Assembly (NCBI GenBank): GCA_022813965.1
Contig: JALDZS010000113.1
Coordinates: forward strand, 1-64,000
Origin: Toensbergia leucococca
Taxonomy: Eukaryota
DNA length: 64,000 bases
Direction: 5' to 3'
The notes beneath the pieces are model-generated. The model worked only from the letters and a program-made list of their open reading frames with translations, was not told where the DNA came from and did no database searches. Below are positions 1-10,498 of the stretch, one piece after another; positions within the stretch are counted from its first letter, which is position 1; every line of letters starts with the position of its first letter. A program made the position numbers and the translations under genes.

Positions 1-573
1 GAACCCTTATCTGCAGCTATATTTTCGCCAGCAAAGCAAGACTGATGTGTACTATCTTCCCTAGCTCTTTTTACACCTCTAGCAGCGATATCTCAGGCCG
101 TATGTGAATTTACATTGAGTTCCTTAGCCACGTTGTTGATGTATTGATTATTTGAAATTTCACCCAATGAGACGCGTTTCTGAACGTTGATTGCATAACT
201 GATCGCTCCTCTAGTGGATGGGCTGATCTGACGGCCACGTTTATGAGGATTGGGGTCGCCGTTGGTTCGAATCATTGAAAAATGGGTGAAAATGAGTGAA
301 AATGGGTGGAAATTTGAAGCTTTCAGGATCACTACGTTGGTCAAAATCCCTACGTTGGCCAGCCGAATAGATAATTTTTTGACCTCGTATCCGGACAACT
401 CAACTCCGATTGGACAATTATTCCAATGCACGTGACTCGCCACCGGGACAATGCTGTCATTTTACCCTTATTTCCAAATATTACTTACTATTGAACCCCT
501 CAACCTTCAATCCTTCAACCTCACCTCATTAGCAAAAACACCAAACAAGCTCTTCATACTTAGATACATCACC

Positions 574-1379
574 ATGTTCAAGCGAGTCATCACCACCGCA
601 CCTCGCGCTGCGGGTAGAATCCTGTCTCAAACCGCCAGACCAGCCCTCATCTCCCCAGCTCACATCGCCGCACCCTCAACCCTCATCTCTCGAAGAAGCT
701 ACCACGAAAAAGATAAGTCTCTTCAATCCAACCGCGTTGCAACTCCCCATCATCCCAAAATTCTCCGCTGACACCGACTCCCGGCACTCCTGGACCACTA
801 TTCCTCCCCTCGCAACGTTGGCTCCATGGTCAAAACCGACGCAGACGTCGGCACCGGCCTCGTCGGCGCTCCCGCCTGCGGCGACGTCATGAAGCTCCAA
901 ATCCGCGTCGATCCGACCAGCAATACCATCAGCGACGTCAAGTTCAAGACATTCGGGTGCGGGAGCGCGATTGCGAGTAGTAGCTATTTGACGGAGTTGG
1001 TGCGGGGGATGACGTTGGAGGATGCGGGCAAGATCCGGAATACGGAGATTGCGAGGGAGTTGTGTTTGCCGCCTGTCAAACGTGGGTTTTTTTTTGGGTT
1101 TTTTGTTGGCTCCATGCTCTCTATCACTCTGCCTGAAGCCTCGGAGGATTCTTTCTTGGAGAGATGGGGAAGTGGATGGAAGTATGCTAATCAGAGGGCT
1201 TGGACATAGTGCATTGCTCTATGCTCGCCGAAGACGCGATCAAATCCGCCATCTCAAACTACTACACCAAAAATCCCAAAGCCGCCACCACCAATTTAGC
1301 CGGTACCGCGTCCGCGATGCCCAAAGTCGAAGTCGAGACGGTCATGGAGGCGCCCGCGCAACAGAGTGCGGTGGCGTAA
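574..1379 (+). CDS. ISU1: Mitochondrial Fe-S cluster scaffold protein (IscU/Isu1); exons 574-712, 788-1081, 1210-1379
   Basis: Arg-rich presequence MFKRVITTAPRAAGR, then YHEKVLDHY..PRNVG, GLVGAPACGDVMKLQI, KFKTFGCGSAIASSS, LCLPPVKLHCSMLAEDAIKSAI. Intron 1 (713-787) has AT-AC ends; intron 2 (1082-1209) is GT-AG. Confidence 0.97.
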
Positions 1380-1914
1380 GTGGGGGTGCTGTCTGTATGG
1401 CGAGGGGAATAGGAGACTTTGTTTTGTCCAGGCGGGAGGAGGGCTTTCGTTGGTGGAGCGGTTCGAAGAAAGGAGACTTGTTGAGGAGAGGAGGGAGGGG
1501 TTTGTTGTAGGCTGGGCGTTGAGGGGGGCGGGTCTGGCTAGCTATGATACACCTATGCTCTGAATACTCCTTTGTTTTGTTCAGATGCTTGCGGGACCTG
1601 TACTTGTGATTGCTTGGCCAGATTACGGTCGAGTTTTGAAAAGCCCCCACATCTGCACTGGAGATGTGAGGTTCATGCCTTCAAGCAGCTAGGTATGTGA
1701 GATTCCCTGAGACGCCGCACCCCCAACATTGTACAATTAAAAGCCATCATCATATCTCATGAGAAGCCTACCTCGAATGCAATCTAAAACACCACACGCA
1801 CGGCGCCACCGCAGTGCCAAACCAAGCAAAGTAAAAATACCCCCACACTCTTCCCCCTCAACCTCCCCCCACAAGCATCCCCCTTCTCACCAAGCCACGC
1901 CCCCCCCAAACCCC

Positions 1915-4672
1915 TCAAACCCGCCCAAAAAAATAAACATACGCAAACTTCTTCATCTCATCCACATCCACCGCCCGAACAACTTTCTCATCATTAAACA
2001 GCACCCACGCCTCCTCACCCTCGGCCTCCAACATCTTGCGGATGAAGGCTACATAATGCCTACCAACACCCCCCAAAAAAGGGGCAAAAAAAGTCAGCAA
2101 AGTATATCCCAGCACAGACTTTGGAAACGGGGGAGTAGACGTAGGGGGAAAACCCACCCAGCATGGATCGAGCCTCCCTTGTGACAGACAATACTCTGCA
2201 GCCGGAACCGCGCCGGCAGCGCCGCACTACCCGCCATCTCCTTTTCCGTCGGCGGAGCCTCACCGCTAGCAGCGCCACCAGCATCGTCGTGGTCGTCCGG
2301 GTGGCTAAACACCCAGTCAAGAGCCCGATTGACATCTCCGCCCGTCTCCTTCAGCGCCTTCCTCGCTTGCGGCGGACTGATGCCCATGGCCCCTAGCGTC
2401 TCCATGCTCTCCGCACTAACGCTAGCTGCGGCGCCTCCTCCGGGTGCACCAGTGGAGCTGCCGAGGTCAAGCGGGGTGTCGATGTCTGCATCTTCCATGT
2501 GCGCAAAGAGCCAGTTCATTGCCGCGTCCGCGTCTGTGTTTCCAGTGGCGTGCAAGGCCTTTTCGCAACGTGTGCGGGGGAAGCCCATTCCCTCCAGCTG
2601 GCCCAGAGCTAGCTCGTTTGGCGTGAACATTGCTGCGGCGGCCATCTCCGCTTCTTCGGGGAGGAGTTCCTCGTCGTCTTGTAGGCCTTTGGATTTGTAG
2701 AGGTCGAGGTCAAAGGGTTCGTCGCTGACGACGACTGGGACGTCGAGTTTGGTTGGGACCCAGTTGACTAGTTCGAAGCGGCGGGCGTTGACTGCTAGGG
2801 TCGTTGGAAATGTTCTGAAGAGCGAGCGCTTGGTGAAGCCGTCTTTGCTGCCGCAGGAAGGGCATGTGAGCTCAACGAGCTCAGGGTCAGTGAAAGCGTC
2901 GAGGCACTCTTTCAAAGTGACGGGCTTGAATTCGTCTTTTTGGCTCGCTTCTTCTTGATCTCCGTTGATGACTCGGAGCTTTCTTTGAACAGGGACTGGC
3001 ATGGATATGTTGTCTTGTTCGTCGCTTCTGTAACGCACTCGCTGACATGAGAGACATTGTAGACGCTGCTCCATGACGAAGCGGAAAGATTGGACTGGAT
3101 CTTGGAGAGGGGCGGCGTGCGAGGAGCGGGTTATTAGCTTTAGAAGGTGGAGGAGAAGTTCGAAGGCATCTTGCTGGCGCATCGTGGAGAATTCTTCGTG
3201 ACCTCGGCCCACTAGGTGTTTGAGCATTGCTGGTGCTAGACCTTTCTGGTGCGGGATTTCAGGTGAGTATTCTGAAGCACTGATGTCCGAGTCAGGGTGG
3301 GAGTAGCGGCCTGAGAGTAAGCCATCGGCTAGCTTTCTCAGTTGAGTCTCGAGGTCCTCTGCTGGGGCTTGACGTGAAGGCGGAGGATCTTGAGGATGGT
3401 AGTAGCGGTCCTGAAATCCTGGTAGTGAGAAAAGACATTGCAATATGCTGCTCAAGTAGCAGCTATTACCAAGGTTCTTCAACCCGGTAAACCCCTTTCC
3501 AAAAAGAGGCTTCAGCTCCTTTCCATCCTCTGTAGTCATCGAGAATTCCCATCTCAAGTTCTGCTCGATTTGCATTTCAACAAGGCTTTTTTCTGTCTTT
3601 TCCCGTTCGGCGATGTTGATCCCCCAGTGAGCGAGATGAGCGGCGAGGTCAGGATCGGTGCGTTCCTCGTTGCATGAATAGCAATATATGTCCGCGGTTC
3701 CCTCGGGAGTAATCGAGCCTAGCTTGACCGCTACAGAATGTGATGTGTCCTCTGTATGCTTGAGACCGTGACTGTTCCCGCCTACACCCCCAAATTGAGC
3801 TCTTCCACAACCAAGATTCCCACATATCAGACAAAGCCAGAGATTTTCTCTAAGGTCACACATAGAGCAATGTCCAAGGTCTGCAACGGCGATCAGCATG
3901 CAGGCCTAGTAAAGACGTGGCCGAATTCTTATACCTTGAGAATCGATTCGCCGTTCATTTTCTTGCTCTAGACACAACGTATGCTCACACGGCGTGAACT
4001 CTTGCTCCCAGGCTTGAACCTCCGCTTGCCTTGCAAACGTGTTGGCCTTGAGTACACCGTCTACTATACCAGGTAGCTTGCCACTTGTGCTGTCCACATC
4101 CTCGATCCCACACTCGTAACATCTCACTTGAGTTTTGGTATCATAGCGATCCTCTTCTGTTTCGGCAGCAATCGCCAACTTGGACATCTTTTGTGGAGGC
4201 TCATCGCGCTACAAACGCACAGTCAGCTTCAAGGTAGTCAGCTCTCTATCGCTGCTCCCGCACTAAATGATTCCTTGCTCTTGGCTTAAGGGACTAGGAA
4301 GGTAGCATAAACTGGCTAACCTTGATCTCTTTTCTAGTCCTCTTGATATTCAATATCAAGGGATGTTTTGACGTCTGGCTATGCATTCGAGCATGATTCC
4401 TCTTGCCGGTACAGCCCCCGCTGAAACAATATAGGCAAACATCGAGGCCTGTAGGGTCATCCTGCATTGCGAAGTCAATCCCAGTGCATTTACAATGTCG
4501 AAGCAATTCTCTGGCATACAATAGAGTCAAAACACTGGGTGCAATCTTCTCGGTACACTGCCTGTGTTATGCTAGGAGGCTGAAGTTCTGAGAAAGGTCG
4601 CGTGAGTAGCTTTCAGTCTTTTGGCAAGATAGTGAGTAACCAACCAGCAGCATTTGTATGTTTACATGCCAT
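1915..4672 (-). CDS. UBP14: Ubiquitin C-terminal hydrolase 14 (isopeptidase T/USP5 family), multi-exon
   Basis: Start MACKHT at 4672; YREDCTQCFD; ZnF-UBP (CSMCDLRENLWLCLICGNLGCGR); Cys box GLKNLGNSCY; QQDAFE; two UBA domains; His box HKGGSIHAGHYV joined across a GT-AG intron; ends AYVYFFGRV. Confidence 0.96.
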
Positions 4673-5091
4673 AGTGATACGAGCTTTTGTGGAAGATGTC
4701 TAGAACGAGGTTGAATTGAATAACGAGCTTCGTTGCAAAGCTACTAGTAACAGTGTCACCGACCAAAGTGTCTTCATCCTTGGGTCGCTCTTTGTCATGA
4801 AACTGTTGACATTCACTTGCAGGCGTACAATGGTCCCGACCTCAAACGTCACAACTACATATATGATTCGACTACATCAAATTTGCTTCCCAATCAAGAT
4901 GGCTCTTTAGGAACATTTTATTTATTGCTAAATCCGGATTCCACCAGAGCCGTGTAATTTCTCTCGCCTGCTACGAGCAATCAAACCCCCTTTGCCTAAT
5001 CCATTGGTCCTTGAAAGCTTGCAGCCAAGGACTTCTTCTTCGTCCGTCACTCCAGCTGTCAGACTGTAGTAGAACCATCTCCAGCGACCAT

Positions 5092-5894
5092 TTACACTTT
5101 GAAACCTCTAGACCGCCTCCTCCCCCGAGCACGCTCAAATTTCCTTCCCTTACTTTCAACCAACGGTTTCTACAAAGACCGACCTGTTAGCACATTCACC
5201 ATACTCTCCCCATTTAATCACTGCAAAGAAACCTACCTTCCCACTGTGTGGTCCAAATCCAAAATGCTTCACAGATTCCCTAGAATTCTTTGGCCCACGC
5301 AATAAAAGCGTATTTGCCCCAGTTGGTGCTCTTAAAGCTAATTGATCCAGAGTTAAGCATTCTCCACCAGCCTTCTCGATGCGGGCACGTGCAGTGCGAG
5401 TGAAGCGGAGAGCGGCAATGGACAGTTTAGGGACAGTGAGTAGGCGGTTGTCGTCTGTAATAGTGCCGATCACGACAACGGTTTTGGGCGATTCATCTCC
5501 TTCGTGAGGTACGGCAGTTGAGACAAGACGGGAAAGGGACAGAGGAGGTCGATTGATACGTGACATGAAAAGGCGGCGGAGGACAACTTTGTTGAAAGCA
5601 GCGTCTGTACGGCCTATGGAATGGATTAGTGAAGTGGGGTGGAGAACACGGGTCTTGTTGAGACTGACGAGCAAGGAAGCGGTAAAGCTTTACGAGCAAC
5701 TTAAGGTAGACATTGTCGCTCTTGGGCGCTTTGCGATGACTGCCGCGAACGTGGTGATTGTCGAGGTCGATGCCTGAAATTTAAATCGTTAATCAGGGAT
5801 GCTCTCTTTCAAAGTACCTCCTCGACAAGAGAGTGGCATAGGGACAATTGTGATTTCTTCTCGGAATTCGTTGGAAGACCTGTTACATACCCAT
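5092..5894 (-). CDS. RPL18: 60S ribosomal protein L18 (eL18), 4 exons
   Basis: ATG G|gtatgt at 5894; [93 protein letters not shown]. Confidence 0.97.
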
Positions 5895-6000
5895 CTTTGC
5901 GGTTGGGTTTCAATTCTTACTAAATTCTCGGAGTGGAGTGAGGTTGGAGATGTAGCGGATCTCTTAGCGCGGTTTATTGTGTGCGTCGCTTAAGCTAGCT

Positions 6001-6009
6001 TTAGGGCTA
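6001..6009 (-). promoter_or_regulatory. TTAGGGCTA (AGCCCTAA on the gene strand): Tbf1-type ribosomal protein promoter element
   Basis: Exact TTAGGGCTA about 107 bp upstream of the RPL18 ATG. It matches the Tbf1-type motif known from fungal ribosomal protein gene promoters. Confidence 0.6.
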
Positions 6010-6451
6010 GCCAACCTCGATCTCCTCGTATGTACTACCTTAGAGAATGAAGTAAAGAACTTTATCGGATGTATGGGTATTAATCGAAGAGTTGATGATT
6101 CACAATACAAGGAGCACCGCAGATTTAGAAACACCGAAATGCTCTCCGTGAAGTCTTCCATTAGCATTTTGTGCTTCGTGCGTTCCTACAAAGAGGCTTT
6201 CCGGTGGATAGCCTCTTGATAAACTGTACATCTATTCAACGACCAAGCCTGTAGACGCCAGTGACAGTGCTATCAAACGCCAAAGCTCCCTCTATGCGCC
6301 AAATGCGGACACCTTCCGTGGAAGTAAATACGTTTTCGAAAAGTCTGTGGTATATACGGAGAGTAGCCGCTTTCGGATTGCTGTAGTATTTCTCTTGGCT
6401 GATCAACGATCATCATTCTAGGGGCACGAGCACACTGAGCGAGCTCACGAT

Positions 6452-7637
6452 TCATATTTCATCGTCTCTTAGGCTAAGGAAGAAGTCTCTGGTCATCTCA
6501 AAGCTAAGCCAACTGCTGGCCATACTTGGCGCCACTTTGAGGAGATTCGGAACAATGCCTTTGTAGAGTCCGCGAAAACCTTCCTTGGTAATAATCCTCC
6601 TTACAGCATCCCCTATGGACTTGTATTGGTATCCTAGACCAGACATTGTATTTATCTGGAACCTTCGTCGAAGGACGTCGCTGAAATTTGTCAGTATTAA
6701 TATGACATGCTATGGAAGGAATCCAATCACAATGGGTACGTGCACGTCTGCGCAACAGCACCTGATATAGCACCAGCTGCCAATTTCCGCCATGCTGAGG
6801 GGTTCTTTTCACCTTCAGGTGTGAACCATTTCCTCGTAGACTCGTAAATCATAAAGTTAAGGCCAACCTTGGCGTTGAGTTAAAGAGGCTTCATAATGCA
6901 TGGGAGGCAGCACTTACATATGGCGCGACGCCGGCCACTGTTGGAAGAATGCCCCTATACAAAGCCGTAACTCCCCCTTCATTCTTGTACATCATAGCCA
7001 TTGTCGCCCACATGCCGGGGAGCTTCTTTCTCGAAGCCCCTTTCAGAGCATCAAACGAAGCAGATTGTATCGAAAGCCGTGTTCGAACGATATCAAGGGG
7101 GTAGGTGAAGGTTACGGAGGTGATGCCCGCCGCGCCCCCACAAACCAACCGTCTTAGAGGCGACAGGTCTGCGCCAGGAGAAGATTCGACAAACTAGCAC
7201 GGGACGCTATAATCAGCCTCCAATAAGAAAAGTCATCCTGGCTTTCTGCATGGGTTTCGAGTGCTCACCCTTTTGTAAAAATTATAGCTTCCGAACTGTA
7301 CAGCAGAATATGGAACTATTCGAACGCAATTTGTGCCGTTTCCCCTCATGAGCCCTCGCCAGCCTTCTTCCTTCCACATCTTCACGAGGCCTTTCCATAC
7401 TGGGAGTTTGTATTCTTCCCTGCCGGTGGTTTGGATTTGGAATAAAATCTTCAATCGCTCGAGTGGTGATACGACCGTTCTGGACACAGCACCAGCAAAA
7501 CCTCCAGCAAGAAATGCAGCGAAGACGGGTTGCGATAAAGTATGGCGCAAATGAATTAAGCCAGATAATGGTGCGGGCACGGGTACATCTCCTCCTTCAG
7601 TCCCTGCCATGGATGAAGGAGTCTTCCGTAGGCTCAT
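6452..7637 (-). CDS. Mitochondrial solute carrier (SLC25; YPR011C/SLC25A42-like), 4 exons; start codon uncertain (7637 or 7610)
   Basis: Three carrier repeats with PX(D/E)XX(K/R) signatures (SPLERLK, YPLDIVR, YPFDVLR); also GLMRGNGTNCVRIVPYSAVQF and GLYKGIVPNLLKVAPSMASSW. Confidence 0.9.
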
Positions 7638-8419
7638 CGACACTGATGACCAAGAACTTATGATTTAGAGGCAAGGCTGCTGCACTAGGTGGAAAATGCT
7701 GCTTGGTAGATCGATGTCGAGACTGTGTCGCACGGTCATGCAAGCGTGGACCTGGACCGATCTAGAACGCAGTATTGAGAACCCTTCGATTTCAGAGGTA
7801 GAGACAACTCAGGCCAGCGTGCCGATTGATGGAGAAAGGAACTCTGATTGTAGTGACTGGCGATATCCATCAAATTCATGCAAGAACGAGTGCGTCTGAC
7901 GCTTGAAGTGCGGTGACTGTATGAGGCTCTCAGCACAGCAATCTCCAAATGCCTCGTGGAAAAGACTAGGTAGACCACTAGAATACGGTAGCCGAGCTGA
8001 GGTTGGCTTGGTTGGATTTGCAGGGTATCCAGACCAAAGGCGTTTGGTTCGAAGAGGTCAGAATGTGAAGACTTCAAGAAGCATTTGTTGCTACTGTTGA
8101 AGGATTCTGTTGTATGCCAGTACAACGTTAGGTTAGTGGTAGAAGAAAGTACACGGAATGGGTAAAGATAAGTTGCAAAATGCAAAGCTCGTGATTGTGA
8201 ATATCGAATAAAGGACGCTAGAACTAATTGGGGTCAGTGGTGAGTGAGGCGAAGGGGAAACGCCGAGTGGCCCCTTGAAATCTGTGTCCTTCGCTGCGCC
8301 CCAACCAAGTCAGCAACATCTCCACAAGACAACGGGACGAACGTTGATTGAGCAAAGTACGGAGTACAAAAGGAAATCCTTCACAGAAAGAGACATACAA
8401 AGCTCTTGACACACAAAGC

Positions 8420-9508
8420 ATGTCTCGTGGTGGTACTACGCTCTATGTGACTGGCTTCGGCCATGGCACACGCGCTCGCGACCTTGCCTACGAGTTCGAA
8501 CGGTATGTCAGACACGGAAAATACGTCGATTCGTCAATCCCCCTTTCGAAGCCTCCCTTCCTCGTCGCTGTTGTGTAGAGGCATTAGCTCGACGGTGTCA
8601 TGCACCGACCCTTTCCTTCTCATCCATGGAACGCGAGCTCTCTGTCCTCTCCCAATCCTTTATCCTCCTCCTCCTCCTCCTCCTCCTCCTTCCACACCTT
8701 AGCTCGAAATCGATTGTGTTTCTACGGTAGCGATGCTCGCCTTACATGTCCTCTCGTCATCGTTATTGCGCAGTCCGTGTACCCTACTCCGGCCGAATCT
8801 AACGTTTCTTTTATTAAAGCTATGGACGCCTTGTGCGCTGCGATATCCCCGCTCCCAGATCTGCTGCCAGTCGACTGTAAGTGTACTACTTCTGGGCATC
8901 ATTGATGTCACTACGACGCAGCTTCCGTTAACATGCCAAGTAGGTTTGCCTTCGTCGAATATGAGAGCCGCCGTGACGCAGATGATGCTTATCATGAGAT
9001 GCACAACAAGCGGCTCTCGAGAGATGACGTGCTAAAGATCGAAGTAAACTTGCCCCCTCTGTACCACGCTCGCTTTTCTAAAAGCTGATCATTTACGTAG
9101 TGGGCTCGTACTCCTCCCTCTGCCTCCTGGCGTTTTGACTCTGGTCGTGATCGTGGTCCAGGTGGTCGTCGTGAGCGCTCTCCTCGTCGAGGGGGCCGTA
9201 CTCCTTCTCCACCTCGCCGTGGACGGGGTGAATACTCTCCCCGCAAGGATGATCGTCGTGAACGTGATTACGATAGGCGCGGCGATCGTGATCGGTCCCG
9301 GAGCCCAGAAGATAGGGACCGTGAGATGAAGGACGTTCGTGATCGTCGCGATGATGATGAGCGCGAGAACGGAACCAATGGGGATGAGCACAAAGGTAGC
9401 ATCACTTACTGCAAGGCAGAGAAGTCTTTTACTAAGACTTCTTTACATCTTTTAGTCTCCATGGACTCCCCTGTTCCAGCTCACGATGAGCTCGATACTG
9501 CAGAGTAA
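8420..9508 (+). CDS. srp1: SR-like single-RRM splicing factor (Srp1-like); exons 8420-8502, 8820-8876, 8944-9043, 9101-9395, 9456-9508
   Basis: [38 protein letters not shown], RNP1 LFAFVEY, IEWARTPPSASWRFD, then an RS/RD-rich tail. All introns are GT-AG with CTRAY-like branch points. Confidence 0.88.
8663..8690. repeat. (TCC)n trinucleotide microsatellite in srp1 intron 1
   Basis: About 9 tandem TCC units, read directly. Confidence 0.9.
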
Positions 9509-10498
9509 AGCGGGCAGACGATCAAACGAATATGACTCGTCATACCTGTCAATCACGCACCCTGCTAAGGCTTTCCGAGTAAGGGATTCGACGCAGAAAG
9601 GGCTTCACAATAAGTGTGCAGCCATGTTCGATAAGGTCCGAATGGCCAGAGTGTTGCAAACAGCATTTTAGATAGGTTAAGTTTCTTGGCTCTCTTATTT
9701 CCTGTTGTCCTTTTCGTCCTGCCGTACAGTTGAGGTAGTCCGGGTTCAAGATACAGTATGTGTGGTGGGCATAATTCATTTGATCAGCAGTTCGTTTGCG
9801 TCCAGCTTGCGATGTCGATGTCGTCCATCGGCCGGTGATTCCTTGAGCCAGTCTGTACCATCTTCGAGATCTTAGATTAAAACGCACGTCATCCTACCAA
9901 TACTAGCAGTCATGGTCGAGAAGCACAGTCGTCTAGGCTCGTGGTCATCCGACGAGACCGCACGAGTGAAAGCATCGCGAAGTTCCAGTGGCTGCTTTGG
10001 AAGAATTAGATGAATTAGATGCTATGGATTCTATTGCTAACATTGAGGTCAGTTTCGTAAACGCCGAGCTAAAATCTAGGATTAATTGCCGCTCCTCTGA
10101 ATAAGAGGGTACCTATATGTAGAAGCACATAGAAAAAACCCATCTCTTCATGGTTTTCAGAATACACGTCAGCATCCGACCGTGCCACACAGTCGTACGA
10201 GAGCGTTCCTTGCTCCTGCTCCTTCTCGGATCTCGGAGAATATGACGAGGCAGGTACGGGTGCTTGTAGCATAATTCATATAGCCTGTGACTATAGCACT
10301 TGACACTTTAATAGCCGTTGTAAATCACCTTTCACCTTTGTCGAACAGCAATTGATGGCATTTTGATGAGACTTTGAGTGTACCCAGGCACCAGGCTCCA
10401 AGCTCCAGGGTTACAGGGGCATAAATCGTGTCGATCTTAAAGATACTATTACACGGCTAGGTAATCTATCCGAGTTCTGACGTATTTGCAGCGCATAT

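Noticed and set aside
160..430. Three CCAAT boxes upstream of ISU1 as possible iron-responsive HapX/CBC sites
   Set aside because: None fits the bipartite CSAAT-N12-RWT spacing when counted by hand, and CCAAT alone is too common.
451..771. 106-aa ORF as a standalone gene
   Set aside because: It is ISU1 exon 1 read into the AT-AC intron, with an upstream stretch that is probably UTR.
713..787. U12 (minor spliceosome) intron
   Set aside because: It lacks the ATATCC donor and the TCCTTAAC branch site; the signals are U2-type.
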